From the NCBI GenBank assembly GCA_051294375.1, contig JBJCIZ010001673.1, positions 1 to 55,008 on the forward strand: 55,008 bases of DNA. The letters run 5' to 3'. Of the stretch, positions 37,241 through 49,044 are shown one piece after another. The notes under the pieces are model-generated. The model made no database searches. It was not told where the DNA came from and was given only the letters and a program-made list of their open reading frames with translations. The DNA comes from Paraspadella gotoi. Its lineage: Eukaryota; Animalia; Chaetognatha. The position numbers and the translations under genes are program-made. Numbering within the stretch: the first letter of the stretch is position 1; the number at the start of each line of letters is the position of its first letter.

Positions 37241-37849
37241 TCAAAGATTTTCACAACAACTTTTAAGAACAGCATTTACTAAATGATCAAGCCCAAATGG
37301 GTTTAAATGTAACCCATCCATTGCAACAAAATCCATGTCTTGATAAAATAAGTCTGGGGCGACTTTAAAAATCGATCTTTCATGACAATCACAAGAAATA
37401 TTGTAAGAATTGAAAATTCTAATTACTTCATTTACATCACGAATATAATAACTATTCTTTGATTCTGGAAATCGGCTGTTCGGACACAAATTAACTTTTC
37501 GTGGGCAAAGAGGAACAACAAATATTTTTAAATTTGCATATTGTTTTAAAACATTGCAAACCAACATTTTAATTTTAAATGAAAGATTTGTAGCCAATTG
37601 TGATGGTACTTCATCGGACGATTTTATTAGCTGACTTATATCATTTTGTCCCATACTTAAGATCAATATAGAATGTTTAGAAGACAAATGATAATTCAAA
37701 TATCCATTTGGGCCAATCAGGTCTTCGGTGAGGGCTCCCGAGAAAGAATGTAACTCGATTTCATCAATGGGAGAATATGACGTAAGTTGTTTGAAATGCT
37801 CATTAGTCAATTTCTTTAGAATACTGTCAGAATAGATGAGGGCACTCAT
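37241..37849 (-). CDS. SGNH/GDSL hydrolase-fold protein of the type carried by mobile elements
   Basis: Block I LIYSDSIL, block II SFSGA, block III LSMGQNDI, LCPR, block V DGLHLNPFG. ATG at 37849; the ORF is open to 37915. Confidence 0.8.
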   Translation of the reverse strand: MSALIYSDSILKKLTNEHFKQLTSYSPIDEIELHSFSGALTEDLIGPNGYLNYHLSSKHSILILSMGQNDISQLIKSSDEVPSQLATNLSFKIKMLVCNVLKQYANLKIFVVPLCPRKVNLCPNSRFPESKNSYYIRDVNEVIRIFNSYNISCDCHERSIFKVAPDLFYQDMDFVAMDGLHLNPFGLDHLVNAVLKSCCENL

Positions 37850-38538
37850 CTTCTCGTAAATGTATCTAAACTCACTATTTATACAACTATCTATTAAAAT
37901 ACGATCGATTTCCAAAAGCGAAAATAAATATAAACAAATTTAAAAATGATGGTACAATAAAATTAACCAACGAATTCAGTGTGAAGGAGACCTACGAAGG
38001 ACAGAGAAGACGTGAGGATGTACGGATGGCGGAGTAGATGCACGGAGGACGTTGCGAACGTAAGGATGACAGAGTAGACGCACGGAGTAAGCACAAAGAG
38101 ATGGCCAATATTGAAGAGATGGCTGAAGCGGAAATGGATTAGGGACAATCGGCACAGTTAATTAAAAATTTTCTATCTGATAAAAAAACGACTTTATAAA
38201 AAAAAACTGGTTACTAGCCAAAGGAGTTAAGGATAGTGTTCAGCCGACTAAGTGCCTTATTCACATATAGACAATTACATGTTCGATATAAGTGTGGTTT
38301 TTTATCATTACAATTTTAGATATCTTGAATTTTCAATAAATGACTTCTTAACAAGAATGATGTCTAATATCTAATTAGAAAACTAGGGCAGAAAGCAACT
38401 TTTAACCTTGTGTTGAATAGATTCTCCCTCTATTTCCAGAAAACAACACTAACATCCCTCTCCCCATTACATTTTAAAAGAATATACCTTATATAAAGAA
38501 TATAATTAAATCTAATATTTTCCACTTCATTGATAGGG

Positions 38539-38735
38539 AAGCCAGGTACTCTGGGAGTGAATAAACGGGACTGTGAGAGAGTCTTGATTGAAAGCTTGCA
38601 GGGACCTGCTATGTCATTATCTTGTAAGAGTGATGGAGGCCTTAAACCACCAAAGCCTGTCCAAAGTCAGGGGCAAGATAGCTTATTTATTAAATGAATG
38701 GATAATTTTTATATTGGTTGTACCAATTTCATATA
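38539..38735. repeat. ~200-bp dispersed repeat; inverted copy at 46240-46730, partial copy at 25960-26045
   Basis: AAGCCAGGTACTCTGGGAGT...GTGATGGAGGCCTTAAACCA...CAGGGGCAAGATAG...TATTGGTTGTACCAATTTCATA. Its terminal ~30-55 bp recur near 1949, 2526, 5706 and 9990. Confidence 0.8.
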
Positions 38736-40262
38736 ATGAAATAAATTAAATTTTTATGTTTATTTTCAAATTTTAATAATAAAAAGTTTTAAAGTCAAAT
38801 ATAGTAAAACAAGTTATCTTGCAACTTTTCATAATAAACTACATTTAATTTTTTGATATCATACTCTTCCCATGGAGTGTGCAATAAATTAAATAATTTA
38901 CAAACTAATATTTTATAATTTTCTCAAACAGCAATAATTCATTATTTTTTCACTACGGTTTTTAAAAAAATCAACAGAACATTTTTCTACAAAAGTTACA
39001 AATATACAAAACAGAAATAAGAATTGTAAAAAAGGCAGTAAATGCTAAAGTTCATTTAAAGCTTGGCTAGCTTTGCTTGGTTAAAATAAGAAGGGGTGGG
39101 AGATTAAGCACGCGCGACAAAAAAATTATATAACTTAAGAGTTTGGACACTATCACTTCAGCTGCGAGACCAGGGATTGGAGTAATGAAATGTTGCGACC
39201 GGTGTAACCACGTCAAAAAAGCCACTTTTTCCGATGAGTTATTTCCTGAAAACCAACAGATTACATTATTACATTCTTCGTCTTCTACAAGATAAACATA
39301 TGTAAATAAAATATGAAATATTTTAGGTTTTTTTAACTGTTTGTGTCGTGAAACGTGAGTTGTGACGTGTGATGCAAGTAGAATTTGGAGCAAATATATA
39401 AATATCAAATCAAAATAGTTTAAGGAGAACAAAAGTTATTTATATACCCAAAAGATAGATGCCGTTACGCGAACCTTTGCCGAGTATTTGAGTATTTTTA
39501 TCAGTCATCCCGATGGTTTTGATAGTTATGATGCATTGGACAATAAACTAAAAGAAAAACTTGAAGCTTTTGTAATAGGAAGACCTCATGCGAAGCATTA
39601 CCTTTTGGTTGTTGACAAAAATAATGCCCTTGATATATGATGCCAAAAAAGTGAACCCATAAGCCATGAGATTTAAAGCGCATAATCCACGGACGAAAAT
39701 CTCATAAGCACTGCAATATAAAAGCGCGTCATCCACTATTGATAATAAAAGTCACAATAAAAAATTATTTATATTTAAAACTTACCTTTAATACAAATAT
39801 CTTCCAAAATTTAGAAATATTAAGATAAATAGATGTAGACATCGTCAACGATCCACAATTTCAACCATAGCATTCTATTGTATTTGATTGCAGATGAATG
39901 ACGAATAAAATAACTGGAAAACTAAGAGAGAGTTCCAGAAACATTCATAGACATAAATGTCAAGTTCAGGAAATGAACTTTATAATTTTAAAAACGACCT
40001 GTTCAATAAAAAGTGATTTTTAAAAATACAATGAATTTCTATAAAATTGAAATGATATTAAAATTACAAAGCTAGAATTGATAGCTTATGATAATTAGTT
40101 ATAGCTAATATTAACAATATTTCAAATTAAACAATTTATAGCGCGCTCCCTGGGAAGGATGAAATATCAAAAAAAAATTAATTGTATTATATACTTAATT
40201 TTAAAAAAAAGATTCATAGAATTTTGAGAATAAAGATTTTAAAAAGATTTTGGAATCTCAAA

Positions 40263-40414
40263 TAGCAAAACAAAGACGACAAATACAATGAAGACAACGA
40301 CGAAGTCTTTCTACTTTTCGACCCATATTTTTTGGAATTTTGGAATTTTAAAAAGCAAAACAAAGACGACAAATACAATGAAGACAACGACGAAGTCTTT
40401 CTACTTTGCGACCC
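40263..40414. repeat. ~60-bp direct duplication
   Basis: AGCAAAACAAAGACGACAAATACAATGAAGACAACGACGAAGTCTTTCTACTTT occurs at 40264 and 40354. Confidence 0.85.
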
Positions 40415-40644
40415 GTAGGGATCAGCAAGAATAACCTAGAAAAATTGGACCTGGAATTTGATTCAAGCCTACATCAGCGCTTTTAGAATTTGGTTTCTGG
40501 AAACATTGAGAGTGAGAAATAAAGTTCCCAACAAAGATTTTAGAAATGGTTAATATGTGAGGACAGATTATGTTTTGCCAGAGAGATAAGTTGAGGGAAA
40601 GGAAATGAAATTTGGAGAGTAAGAAAGAGAGAGAGAGAGAGGGG

Positions 40645-41292
40645 TATGGTGGACTAAAATCCCCCAACCGTTCATCAGCGGCCATTGGTGCGGAGGCAAA
40701 TCTATCGCCTCCAAACCAAAGGTCCGGGGTTCTAGCCCGGTGGTCGCCTAGCAGTTTAGAGGGACGGGGCACTTAACCCGCCTGTAACTGGGTGTTACAG
40801 CCTGATCCAAAGCTCAGGAACTGCTTATATTGAAACGGTTCTGTCATTAACACATAATAATAATTACCGTCTCTTCATTGGCGAGCCCGACTTCGAACAC
40901 AACAGCAACAACAATTTCAGGCGACATGCCTCAACCTGGCGATGCACATTCCGCCCACAACACATCAGGCGACATGCCTCAACTTGGTGACAAACTTTCC
41001 ACCAACAACAATTCACTGAAGAGACGCAACAGACTTCTCCCTACGGGAGGGGGGGATGTATGGTGGACTAAAATCCCCCAACCATTCATCAGCGTCCATT
41101 GGTACCGGAGGCAAATCTATCGCCTCCAAACCCAAAGGTCCGGGGTTCTAGCCCGGTGGTCGCCTAGCAGTTTAGAGGGACGGGGCACTTAACCCGCCTG
41201 TAACTCGGTGTTACAGCCTGATCCGAAGCTCAGGGACTGCTTATATTGAACAGTTCTGTCATTAACACATGATAATAATTACTGTCTCTTCA
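40645..41292 (+). mobile_element. Complete TRIM (miniature LTR retrotransposon), family A, with a tRNA-derived segment in each LTR
   Basis: LTRs 40645-40877 and 41059-41292 (TATGG...TTCA). PBS TGGCGAGCCCGACTTCGAACAC at 40879. PPT GGGAGGGGGGGA at 41045-41056. TSD GGGG. The tRNA-like segment at 40678-40747 has a GCGGCCA/TGGTCGC stem, an A-box-like TGGTGCGGAGG and a B-box-like GGTTCTAGCCC. Confidence 0.9.
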
Positions 41293-41639
41293 GGGGTTAG
41301 CATTTTGGTAAATCAATACATTAGGCAATGTACAACAATGATTTTTAGAAGTAAATAGATAAACTTAATAACTAAACTTAGAAATAAATTTTAACTCCAG
41401 AAGTAAAATTTAGGACCTGGAATAACATAGTTTTCAGCCAATGTAGAACATATATAAAATTAGAACATTAAAAAATTCATAAAAATCCTGAGAATAACAT
41501 TAACATATTTTTTTTGACACTTTTGACAATTTTATCGGAATGACAATCTGTTTTGTAAATGAAAATGACAAAATCAAAATCAATTCAATTTTTCCATTGT
41601 TAGTCACTCAGACCAGTTATGGATAATGTTGCACAAGGT

Positions 41640-41900
41640 GATTGTCACTTAGACAATTTTAATCATAATGTCACTTAGACAATCTGTTTTATAATTCATA
41701 ATGACAAAATGAATTATTTTCATAAGGTCACAAAGACCTTTTATAGAAAAAGATGCACTCAAATCGGTGCTTGTCACTGAGACAATTTTAATCAAAATGT
41801 CACTTAGACATTTTATAATGTCACTTAGACATTTTATAATGTCACTTAGACATTTTATAATGTCACTTAGACATTTTATAATGTCACTTAGACATTTTAT
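41640..41900. repeat. 21-bp minisatellite (ATGTCACTTAGACATTTTATA) downstream of the intact transposase
   Basis: About five perfect units at 41797-41900, plus scattered TGTCAC/GTCACT motifs from 41600 to 41990. Confidence 0.85.
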
Positions 41901-42095
41901 ACTGGAAATCAAAATAAAATGAAAACAATTTTTTCATTGTAAGTCACGCAGACCTGTTTTGGATAATGTTACACTCAAAAAGTGACAAAATGTTTGAAAG
42001 AAAAAAAATCATTGAAATTATAAAAGTACTTATCACTTAAACAATTTATATAACAACGGATGTCTATACATACAGGAAGAAAACAGTGAAATAAT

Positions 42096-45000
42096 TTAAA
42101 ACTTATTTAACACAATTAAGTTTCCCTTTTTTAATTCTAGAAGCAGCATTTTGTGCATAATATCGCCATTAATTTCGGTTTTAAAACAAATCGACTTTTT
42201 AATTGGTTTGACAATATCATGTACTATTCCTTGTAGCCACTCACCATTGACCTTTATTTCAAATTTACAATTTATCAATTTTTCAGGCTCTTGCAAAAAC
42301 ATACCGTAAAGCTTTTGAGTACGTTTTACAGATTGCTTCTGTACAGCATTCAGCCTCTTTTGTTGCAGTGCAGTGACAACAACTTCAGCCGCGTCAGTAA
42401 CATCAATGACAGCAGGTGGTATCTCTTCACAAAAGTCCAGTTGCTTCAGATGTGGATTTTCTTGATAAATTTTGTCCAAGTGAACCAGTTTTTCAGCCAA
42501 AGAGTATTCTTTTTTGTTCAATGTTTTGTTAAAAACATTTTTATTCGAACAAGTAGCATCACCAATTTTATGCAAAAATTCGATTAATAAATTTAACGCG
42601 GGTAGTTTTTCTTTGTCATTATCGATCAAATCAAGCTTGCTTTGCACTTCATGTTGCAACCATGGAGGACCATAAGTTTCAGTAAACTTTCTTACTATTT
42701 CCAACTTTTTTCTTCCTTTAATATCCTCACTGACTTTTTTAGAATCTATATTTTTTTGGCGTTTCTTCAACAAATCTGCTTTATAATTTCTATCAATAAT
42801 TATTTCTTCTGATTTACGTTTTTGATAAGATTTTCGAGCAGATTCAATTATTTCTTGACGTTCCGAATTATTTTTGCTGTCAATATAATCAACAGGACGA
42901 TTAGTCCTCAACATACAATGTGCTTGCAAAGTAGTTGATTTTGCATTTGGTTTAGAATCTTTAATAAACCGCGCAAGTCCAAAAAGTGATTCACCACGTT
43001 GGTTTGTTGTTGGAACGCTAAGCGTTGCCATAACAAAATTTGGATCATCTTGAAGCTCATCGAGCCTTCCACCATTTAGGAAATCGGCTGCTTGGGTTGT
43101 CAAAGTAAGAAGCATTGCTTCAGCAATAACTTGAACTACTTCAATTATTTGTGTCCTGTTTAAATTATTTGCCGCAATTGCTTCCATAACCTTATTGACT
43201 TTGTCCTTTTCCAGAAATGCTTCAGGGAAAGGCGATTTTCCATCTAACATTTGACTTCCATCATGACTAACATCAAGTAAAAAATTCTGTAGACTTTGCA
43301 AATGAGGAATTAATTCAAGAATATGAACCTTAGTTTTTCCATATTCGTCGTAGCGATCCTTTCCATACAAAATTCTCCAGAAAGGAGCAATAACAAGAAC
43401 ATTATAAAGACTCATTGCTCCTACTTGATTTAATGCTACTTGATCATTTAAGTCATGTTTGATCGAAAGATATATTTGTGAGGAATCTTCATATTCAAAA
43501 AATTCTTTAAGATATGCCAGTAAAATTAGAATTCTGGTCGATGCTGGAAATTCTATTGCAGCTCTGTTATGCTCATAATGCACAACATTTGGATCTACAA
43601 TTGCTTTGATTTGCAGAAAAGCCTTCCATAGCTCCACAAGCCGCCAAGTTTGTTCATTCTGGTGTGGATGCAATACTAATGAAATATTTCGATTCAATCG
43701 CTGAACAGCTGGTGATTCTCCCGTGTAAGCATGAGGGTTCCTTTCTTGTGGAACCGAAAGAGATTCCAATTGTTTTAATGCATTTATTGTCGAGGTGGAC
43801 ATATTCGACAATAAATGCATTTTACAATAAAATATATTCACTTTTTCCAAATTATTAAGTTGGGCTGGTGTAAAGTCATTATTAGCCAGAACCATAGGCA
43901 AAAAAGTTTTTTTAAAATCTTCAAGTTGATTTGCAAATGCGCCATTCACGGGTGCCTGATCACTCATTACGTTCGTGATCTTAGTAATTAATTCTGCAAG
44001 TTTGCCTAACTCATCTTCATCAGGTTTTAATCCTTCTCGAGCAATCTCAGAAAACTTTTCGTGAACATAACCCAATAATGACTTCGCATCTTCTTGACAA
44101 ATGGCTCGCAAGCCAAGCGTGTAGGTAGATCCATCAGCGAAATGAACTTGAGAACCAAGAAAACTAATTGATTTATGGGTTGCTGAATCAATCGATAAGG
44201 TTATATCTTTTTCTGACTCTAACTTTTCAGAAAGCTGTTTCATTAATAAGCAATGACTCTCTGTCACAAGTCTAGAAACAAAACTTCTAGATGGACATCT
44301 TTTCAAATCTGTCCAGCTAATCGCTGCAATAACAAAAGTTTTTTTTGCCTGAGGTATTTGTCTGGCTGGTATCCCGAGTTGTAACAGGTCCCAGGCGCAA
44401 ACACGGAGCTCGTCACTGTACATACCATTTTCGAACAAATTAATTTCATTATTTTTTAAACTCTCGTTCATATTCTCCAAAATGGATATTTCTTTGGATT
44501 TTTCTTGGAATTTTTTTCTCATTTGCTCCATAACATCTTTTTTATTCCGATCTTCTTCTACCTTTCTTTCCATAAACTGTTTGGTTTTGTATTTTCTACG
44601 CGCTAGTTGTAATTGTAAAACGCGATTTTTATTTTTTTCTTCTTCCAACTGCGTTGAAAGATCGAGAATTCTTCCGTCTTTTTTCTCAATTAGCTTTTGT
44701 CGTTCTGAAGCTATTTTCATGGCGCGTTTGAAGTCTGCTTTTACTTTTGCAAGTCGCATCAAATTTTTCATTTTCAACATTTTTTTACTTTTCCTTAACC
44801 TTTTGATCTTAGTATTTAAATTATTTTTCTTTTCATCCCCACAAAAATCAGGAGGACACACATTAACTTCCTGGATGTCCAAATCAGCAGTAGAAACAAT
44901 TCCAGGATTTGACAAATTTTGTCCGGCAACAGTGTCCGAAAACGTGGGTAAAACTCGTTCCATATCTGTTGTTAGGGCAGAAAAACCCGTATTTTCTCCC

Positions 45001-45758
45001 AAGTTATTAAAACTGGTAACATTGATTTCTTGTATTTTAAAAGCTGTCGAAGGAACAACATTTGGCACGGGCTCATCGTGTTCCCCTTGTGGGGCAAAAA
45101 CAGAAATCTCCTCTGAACTTGGGACAGATTCTTCATCAGCTAAAATATTTTCATTTCTCTCGGAACGAGATTCAAGAGATCCAATATCTAAAAAAAAAAT
45201 ATTAATAATTATTTTTAAACTTTGAACCCAAATGAATAATCATTATTCCGTAGCATTCTGCCAAGTTTTATAAATACTGTAAAAAAGTTTTAACTATTGC
45301 AAAGTGTTTCTTCTGCAGACGTTTCCCTCACTGTGGCAGCTATTATTGTTTCAATAAAAAGATTTTTCTTAAATGAAAAAAAGAAATTTAAAAGAATTAT
45401 ATATTTTATTAGTATCAACATTTAAGGTAATAAAATTGATTTATTATAATAATATAATAATAATAATGTTTATACCATGCTTATTGTAATCTATTTTACG
45501 TATCTGACTAATTACTATAAAAAACTAACCTTTAAAATCTTCATCCGAAAAAAAAGGGGCGGATGAATAAGCCTTTGTTGCTTGAGTGTTTCTCGTTAAG
45601 ACTTTACGGAACTTCCAACGAAGTTTCCTTAGTTTTGATCCAAAGCTTTTTTTGGAAATACAAATGTTTGGATACTGAGTTTTAACTAATTGCCAACTCG
45701 TGGTTTGGTTGAGCCCTTCAGTGATTTTAAAAACTTGTGAATTGGTAATAAGTTCCAT
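42096..45758 (-). CDS. Intact divergent hAT-like DDE transposase, two exons, ~1106 aa
   Basis: Exon 1 45758-45530 (MELITNSQ...DFK, donor G|GTTAGT) joins exon 2 45187-42096 in phase 1. It has a coiled-coil N-terminal region and the motifs YSDELRVCAWDLL, PSRSFV, LSIDSATH (D), VMSDQAPVN (D), FYCKMH (CxxH), HNRA and PTTNQRGESLFG (E). Confidence 0.85.
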
Positions 45759-46287
45759 TTTCAATTAATGTCTATAAAGTCAGTCAATGAAACTAAAAGA
45801 AAAAATCTTAAAAGCATGAGGATCGTCGCAATCGCATAAGAAAAATCTGGATTGACGACAAATTTTGATACTAAAAAAAATAAAATTTGAGAAAGAAATA
45901 TAAAAATAAAAGAGAGAAATTTGCTTGTTTTGTAAAACATAAACAAAACATATTTAATAACTGTCCAGACTTAATTTTAAGCTGTATATAAATTTTCAGC
46001 TTCATACACCCAAATTTAATCATAAAAAAGGCAATCTATAATTTGGAACACCGACGACGACGCCACTTATGTGCAAAACCACAGCAATAAAAATATTTAA
46101 TTTAATAAACATTGAAGAAGAAAAACCTTTAATATGAAATAAAAGTTTGGAATCAAAATTAACACTACTATAATAATGAGTACTATTCTGCATTAATTTT
46201 TTTTCCCTATTGTAATATCCCAATTAGCAAATTTTGTATTAAATTGGTTCAACCAAAATAAAAATTGTCAATTCATTTAATAATCTA

Positions 46288-46528
46288 CATTGTGACCATT
46301 TGAAACCCACCGCTATAAAAAATTCACCAAATGGCTGTTGAGGGGGGAGATGATTTTCAAAGCCATCTTTTACCTCTCACTGTTTAAGTAAAAGTAAACC
46401 GAGGGACATGATGTTTATGCATAAAAAATGTATACACCTTGTCTTTAACTATATTACAAATTTTAAAATCTCTTTTCATTTTCGTTTGGTGAATGTTTTC
46501 TAGAGGCGGGTTTCAAATGGTGACCCTA
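46288..46528. mobile_element. Tc1/mariner-type MITE nested in the 200-bp dispersed repeat
   Basis: Imperfect ~40-bp TIRs: GTGACCATTTGAAACCCACC...TTCACCAAA and TTTGGTGAA...GCGGGTTTCAAATGGTGACCC. TA lies at the flanks. The segment is absent from the 38539-38735 copy. Confidence 0.7.
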
Positions 46529-46939
46529 TTATCTTGCCCCTGACTTTAGTGGTTTAAGGCCTCCATCACTCTTACAAGATAATGACATAGCAGGCCCCTG
46601 TAAGCTTTCAATCAAGACTCTCTCTCTGTGAAGTATTTTGATGCTTCACGCCCGCGGAATCGCGCGCTCGAAACGTCGGTAGTTTTATTGAAAACTAGCT
46701 GAATTTTGTTTACTCCCAGAGTACCTGGCTTGCGAATAAAACGAATAAAACAAGGATTTGGAAATTGTGTAATAACAATTTTTATGAAAATCCGTTTTTA
46801 TTAAAGTTCGAAACTTGAAAACAATTTTTTAATGATTTATAGTAATATGATAAACTTTAAATGCTATGAAATTTTGTTATTTCTAAAGGATACTTTATTT
46901 ATATAACAGAACTCTTAGTTTTTACTTTGTTCTGTCTTA

Positions 46940-47170
46940 GTGGTTAGGGGTAGTTATAGTTCGTGGTGGTTAGGTAGGGGTAGTTAGGTTAAAAGGTGGT
47001 TTGGGTTGGGGATAGTTAAGGTGAGGGGTGGTTAAGATAATATTCGAAAAACAATTGTCCTTTTGGGTTAATTTTACTTTTGCCGACCGGGTTTGGGGTG
47101 GTTTAGGGTTTGGGGTGGTTTAGGGTTAGGGGTGGTTAGGGTTGAGGGTTTAGGGTTAGAGTAATTAGGT
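46940..47170 (+). repeat. Degenerate TTAGGG tract belonging to the MITE-like family
   Basis: GGGTTAATTTTACTTTTGCCGACCGGG at 47065, followed by GGTTTAGGGTT repeats. Confidence 0.65.
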
Positions 47171-47542
47171 AATAAATTTTATTAGGTTTGTGCCCATAAG
47201 CAGAAACAAAAATTCGCATAAACCTACCTTAACCCTTCATATAACCCTTTACAAATGCTAATTCATTTAAGCATAGTAACACAATAATAACATAACAAGT
47301 TTGAGCAAACAATGCCGGATCTGCCCACAATCATTAGCGGTAAACAGCTGATCAGATAATTATTTAATATTAATTTTTTTGGGTGTTAAAATCGTTTTCC
47401 ACTTTGTCTCGCTTCTCAATCACAAAATTTATTAATTACAAATAATTAAAAATTAATTACTTATTTATTAATAATTAATTAATGCAGCTTGAATTTACAT
47501 TTAATATTTTGTGATTAAACTTTCTTTCGTTGTGTTTTGAGA

Positions 47543-47814
47543 TATTTGGAATTAAAGACGAAGTCTTGATACAACAACGATTTTTATTTTTATTGTTCAG
47601 ACAAGTTTCGGCTTTCATTCAAGCCTTCATCAGTGCTTTAATAATTCACATTTTCATGTTTTCCAAATTGACTTTGGGAGAGAGAGAGAGAGAGAGAACA
47701 TGAAAATGTGAATTATTAAAGCACTGATGAAGGCTTGAATGAAAGCCGAAACTTGTCTGAACAATAAAAATAAAAATCGTTGTTGTATCAAGACTTCGTC
47801 TTTAATTCCAAATA
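47543..47814. mobile_element. Perfect 118-bp inverted repeat with a hammerhead motif in each arm (Penelope pseudo-LTR-like)
   Basis: Arms 47543-47660 and 47697-47814, separated by a 36-nt (GA)n-rich loop. Confidence 0.85.
47712..47766 (+). ncRNA. Minimal type I hammerhead ribozyme motif (mirror copy on the - strand at ~47591-47645)
   Basis: CTGATGA-AGGCTT-gaatg-AAAGCC-GAAAC-TT-GTC: conserved core, stem II and a minimal stem III. Stem I is short and interrupted. Confidence 0.7.
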
Positions 47815-47879
47815 CATTTAATATTAAAATAAAAAAAGAATAATAAAATGGTGAAATAAATTGTTTGTTTTTTCCATTT

Positions 47880-48170
47880 TAACTCATTTCCACTTGGACA
47901 ATTCCATCGAAACTTGATTTCCAGCTCAATCACACACTTTCCTACCCACACACAAAATTTCATTCCAATCCATTCATCAAATCACGAGTAATTGGTATTT
48001 TTTTCTAAGGTGGGACGAACGGATGGACAGGCGGACATCATTTTTTTGGGGGATAATTAATCGTAATTCGATGTTCTGACATGATATAAGTGAATGCCCG
48101 ACAGGATTAGGGAGGCGGACCGACGGACCAACCAAGTGAATTAATAGAGCTGGAATGAATCCAGCTAAAA
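47880..48170 (+). mobile_element. Helentron-associated (HINE/DINE-like) non-autonomous element
   Basis: GGAC/GACG microsatellite patches, and a subterminal hairpin AGCTGGA-atgaa-TCCAGCT followed by AAAAA. Confidence 0.45.
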
Positions 48171-49044
48171 ACGCCCTATAATGATGTACGACAGCACATA
48201 ATAAATACGCAAATTTACACTTCAGTCCACATCCGTTTGAAAGATAAGCTTAACGAGTCCGGCCTCTCCAGCGAGATAGGTGGCGTAAAATCCGATGAGA
48301 ACGATGAGAACGAAGACGATAATCGTGTTTAATTCCTAATTTTAAAAACAAAACTATTAGACATGTTGATTTCCGACAATATTAGCATTAGGTAAACGTT
48401 CAGGGTACTTTAACACTTTTCATCTATGGAGGTTTTATTTTTTTTTAATAATATTTTTGCCCGAGCCATGGTTGTAAAATTACCAAAATGATAAAATTCT
48501 TGTTTTTGTATTTTGTGTAAATGAATAGATTTAGAATTATATTAATTTTAAATAATAAATATAATAATTTAAGAAAAAAAAATTTTAATGGGCAACAGCG
48601 ATTTATTAACATCTTATTTTCGAGTCTTCATCAGTGAGTTTGAATCAACGAGTTTGGTTTCACAAACATTAAGTTGGTAAGAGAGAGAGACAGAGAGATA
48701 GTTTCCAATGAAGAATTAATAAACAATGATCCAATTTAAAAAAATATGCAAGTTGAAATAATGCTGCAAGTTGAAAAAAATTATTTGTACCGCAGTAACA
48801 GAAAAGTAAAATCCCTTTCAAGCAATTTATATGTATTGGCGCCACCACTGGTTTTTCTTTCGATTAGTTGAATGAATTTAGATTTAAAAAAAATGTTTTA
48901 GTAATAGCAAATTATATATACAGACTTGTCTCGACTATGGTGATTGGCTTCACCAGCGCAGGATATGCTATTGGAGGCTATCACCATGGTTGAAACACGA
49001 TTATTGAAAGAATCTTTTTAAAAATGAAAACAAACAAATCTTAC

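Noticed and set aside
40678-40747. Functional tRNA gene
   Set aside because: The D-arm and anticodon stem do not pair, the B-box is variant, there is no T-run terminator, and it is part of a repeated LTR.
44482-45225. 247-aa plus-strand ORF (also 42291-42587, 30671-30904, 32183-32520)
   Set aside because: These are antisense shadows of transposase coding sequence with no motifs.
38539-46730. 200-bp inverted pair as proven TIRs of the transposase element
   Set aside because: The same repeat occurs elsewhere (25960, plus short ends at 1949-9990), the right copy is interrupted, and no TSD was found. It is kept only as a possibility.
46940-47170. True telomere or fusion site
   Set aside because: The tracts are short, degenerate, internal and enclosed by repeat-family termini.
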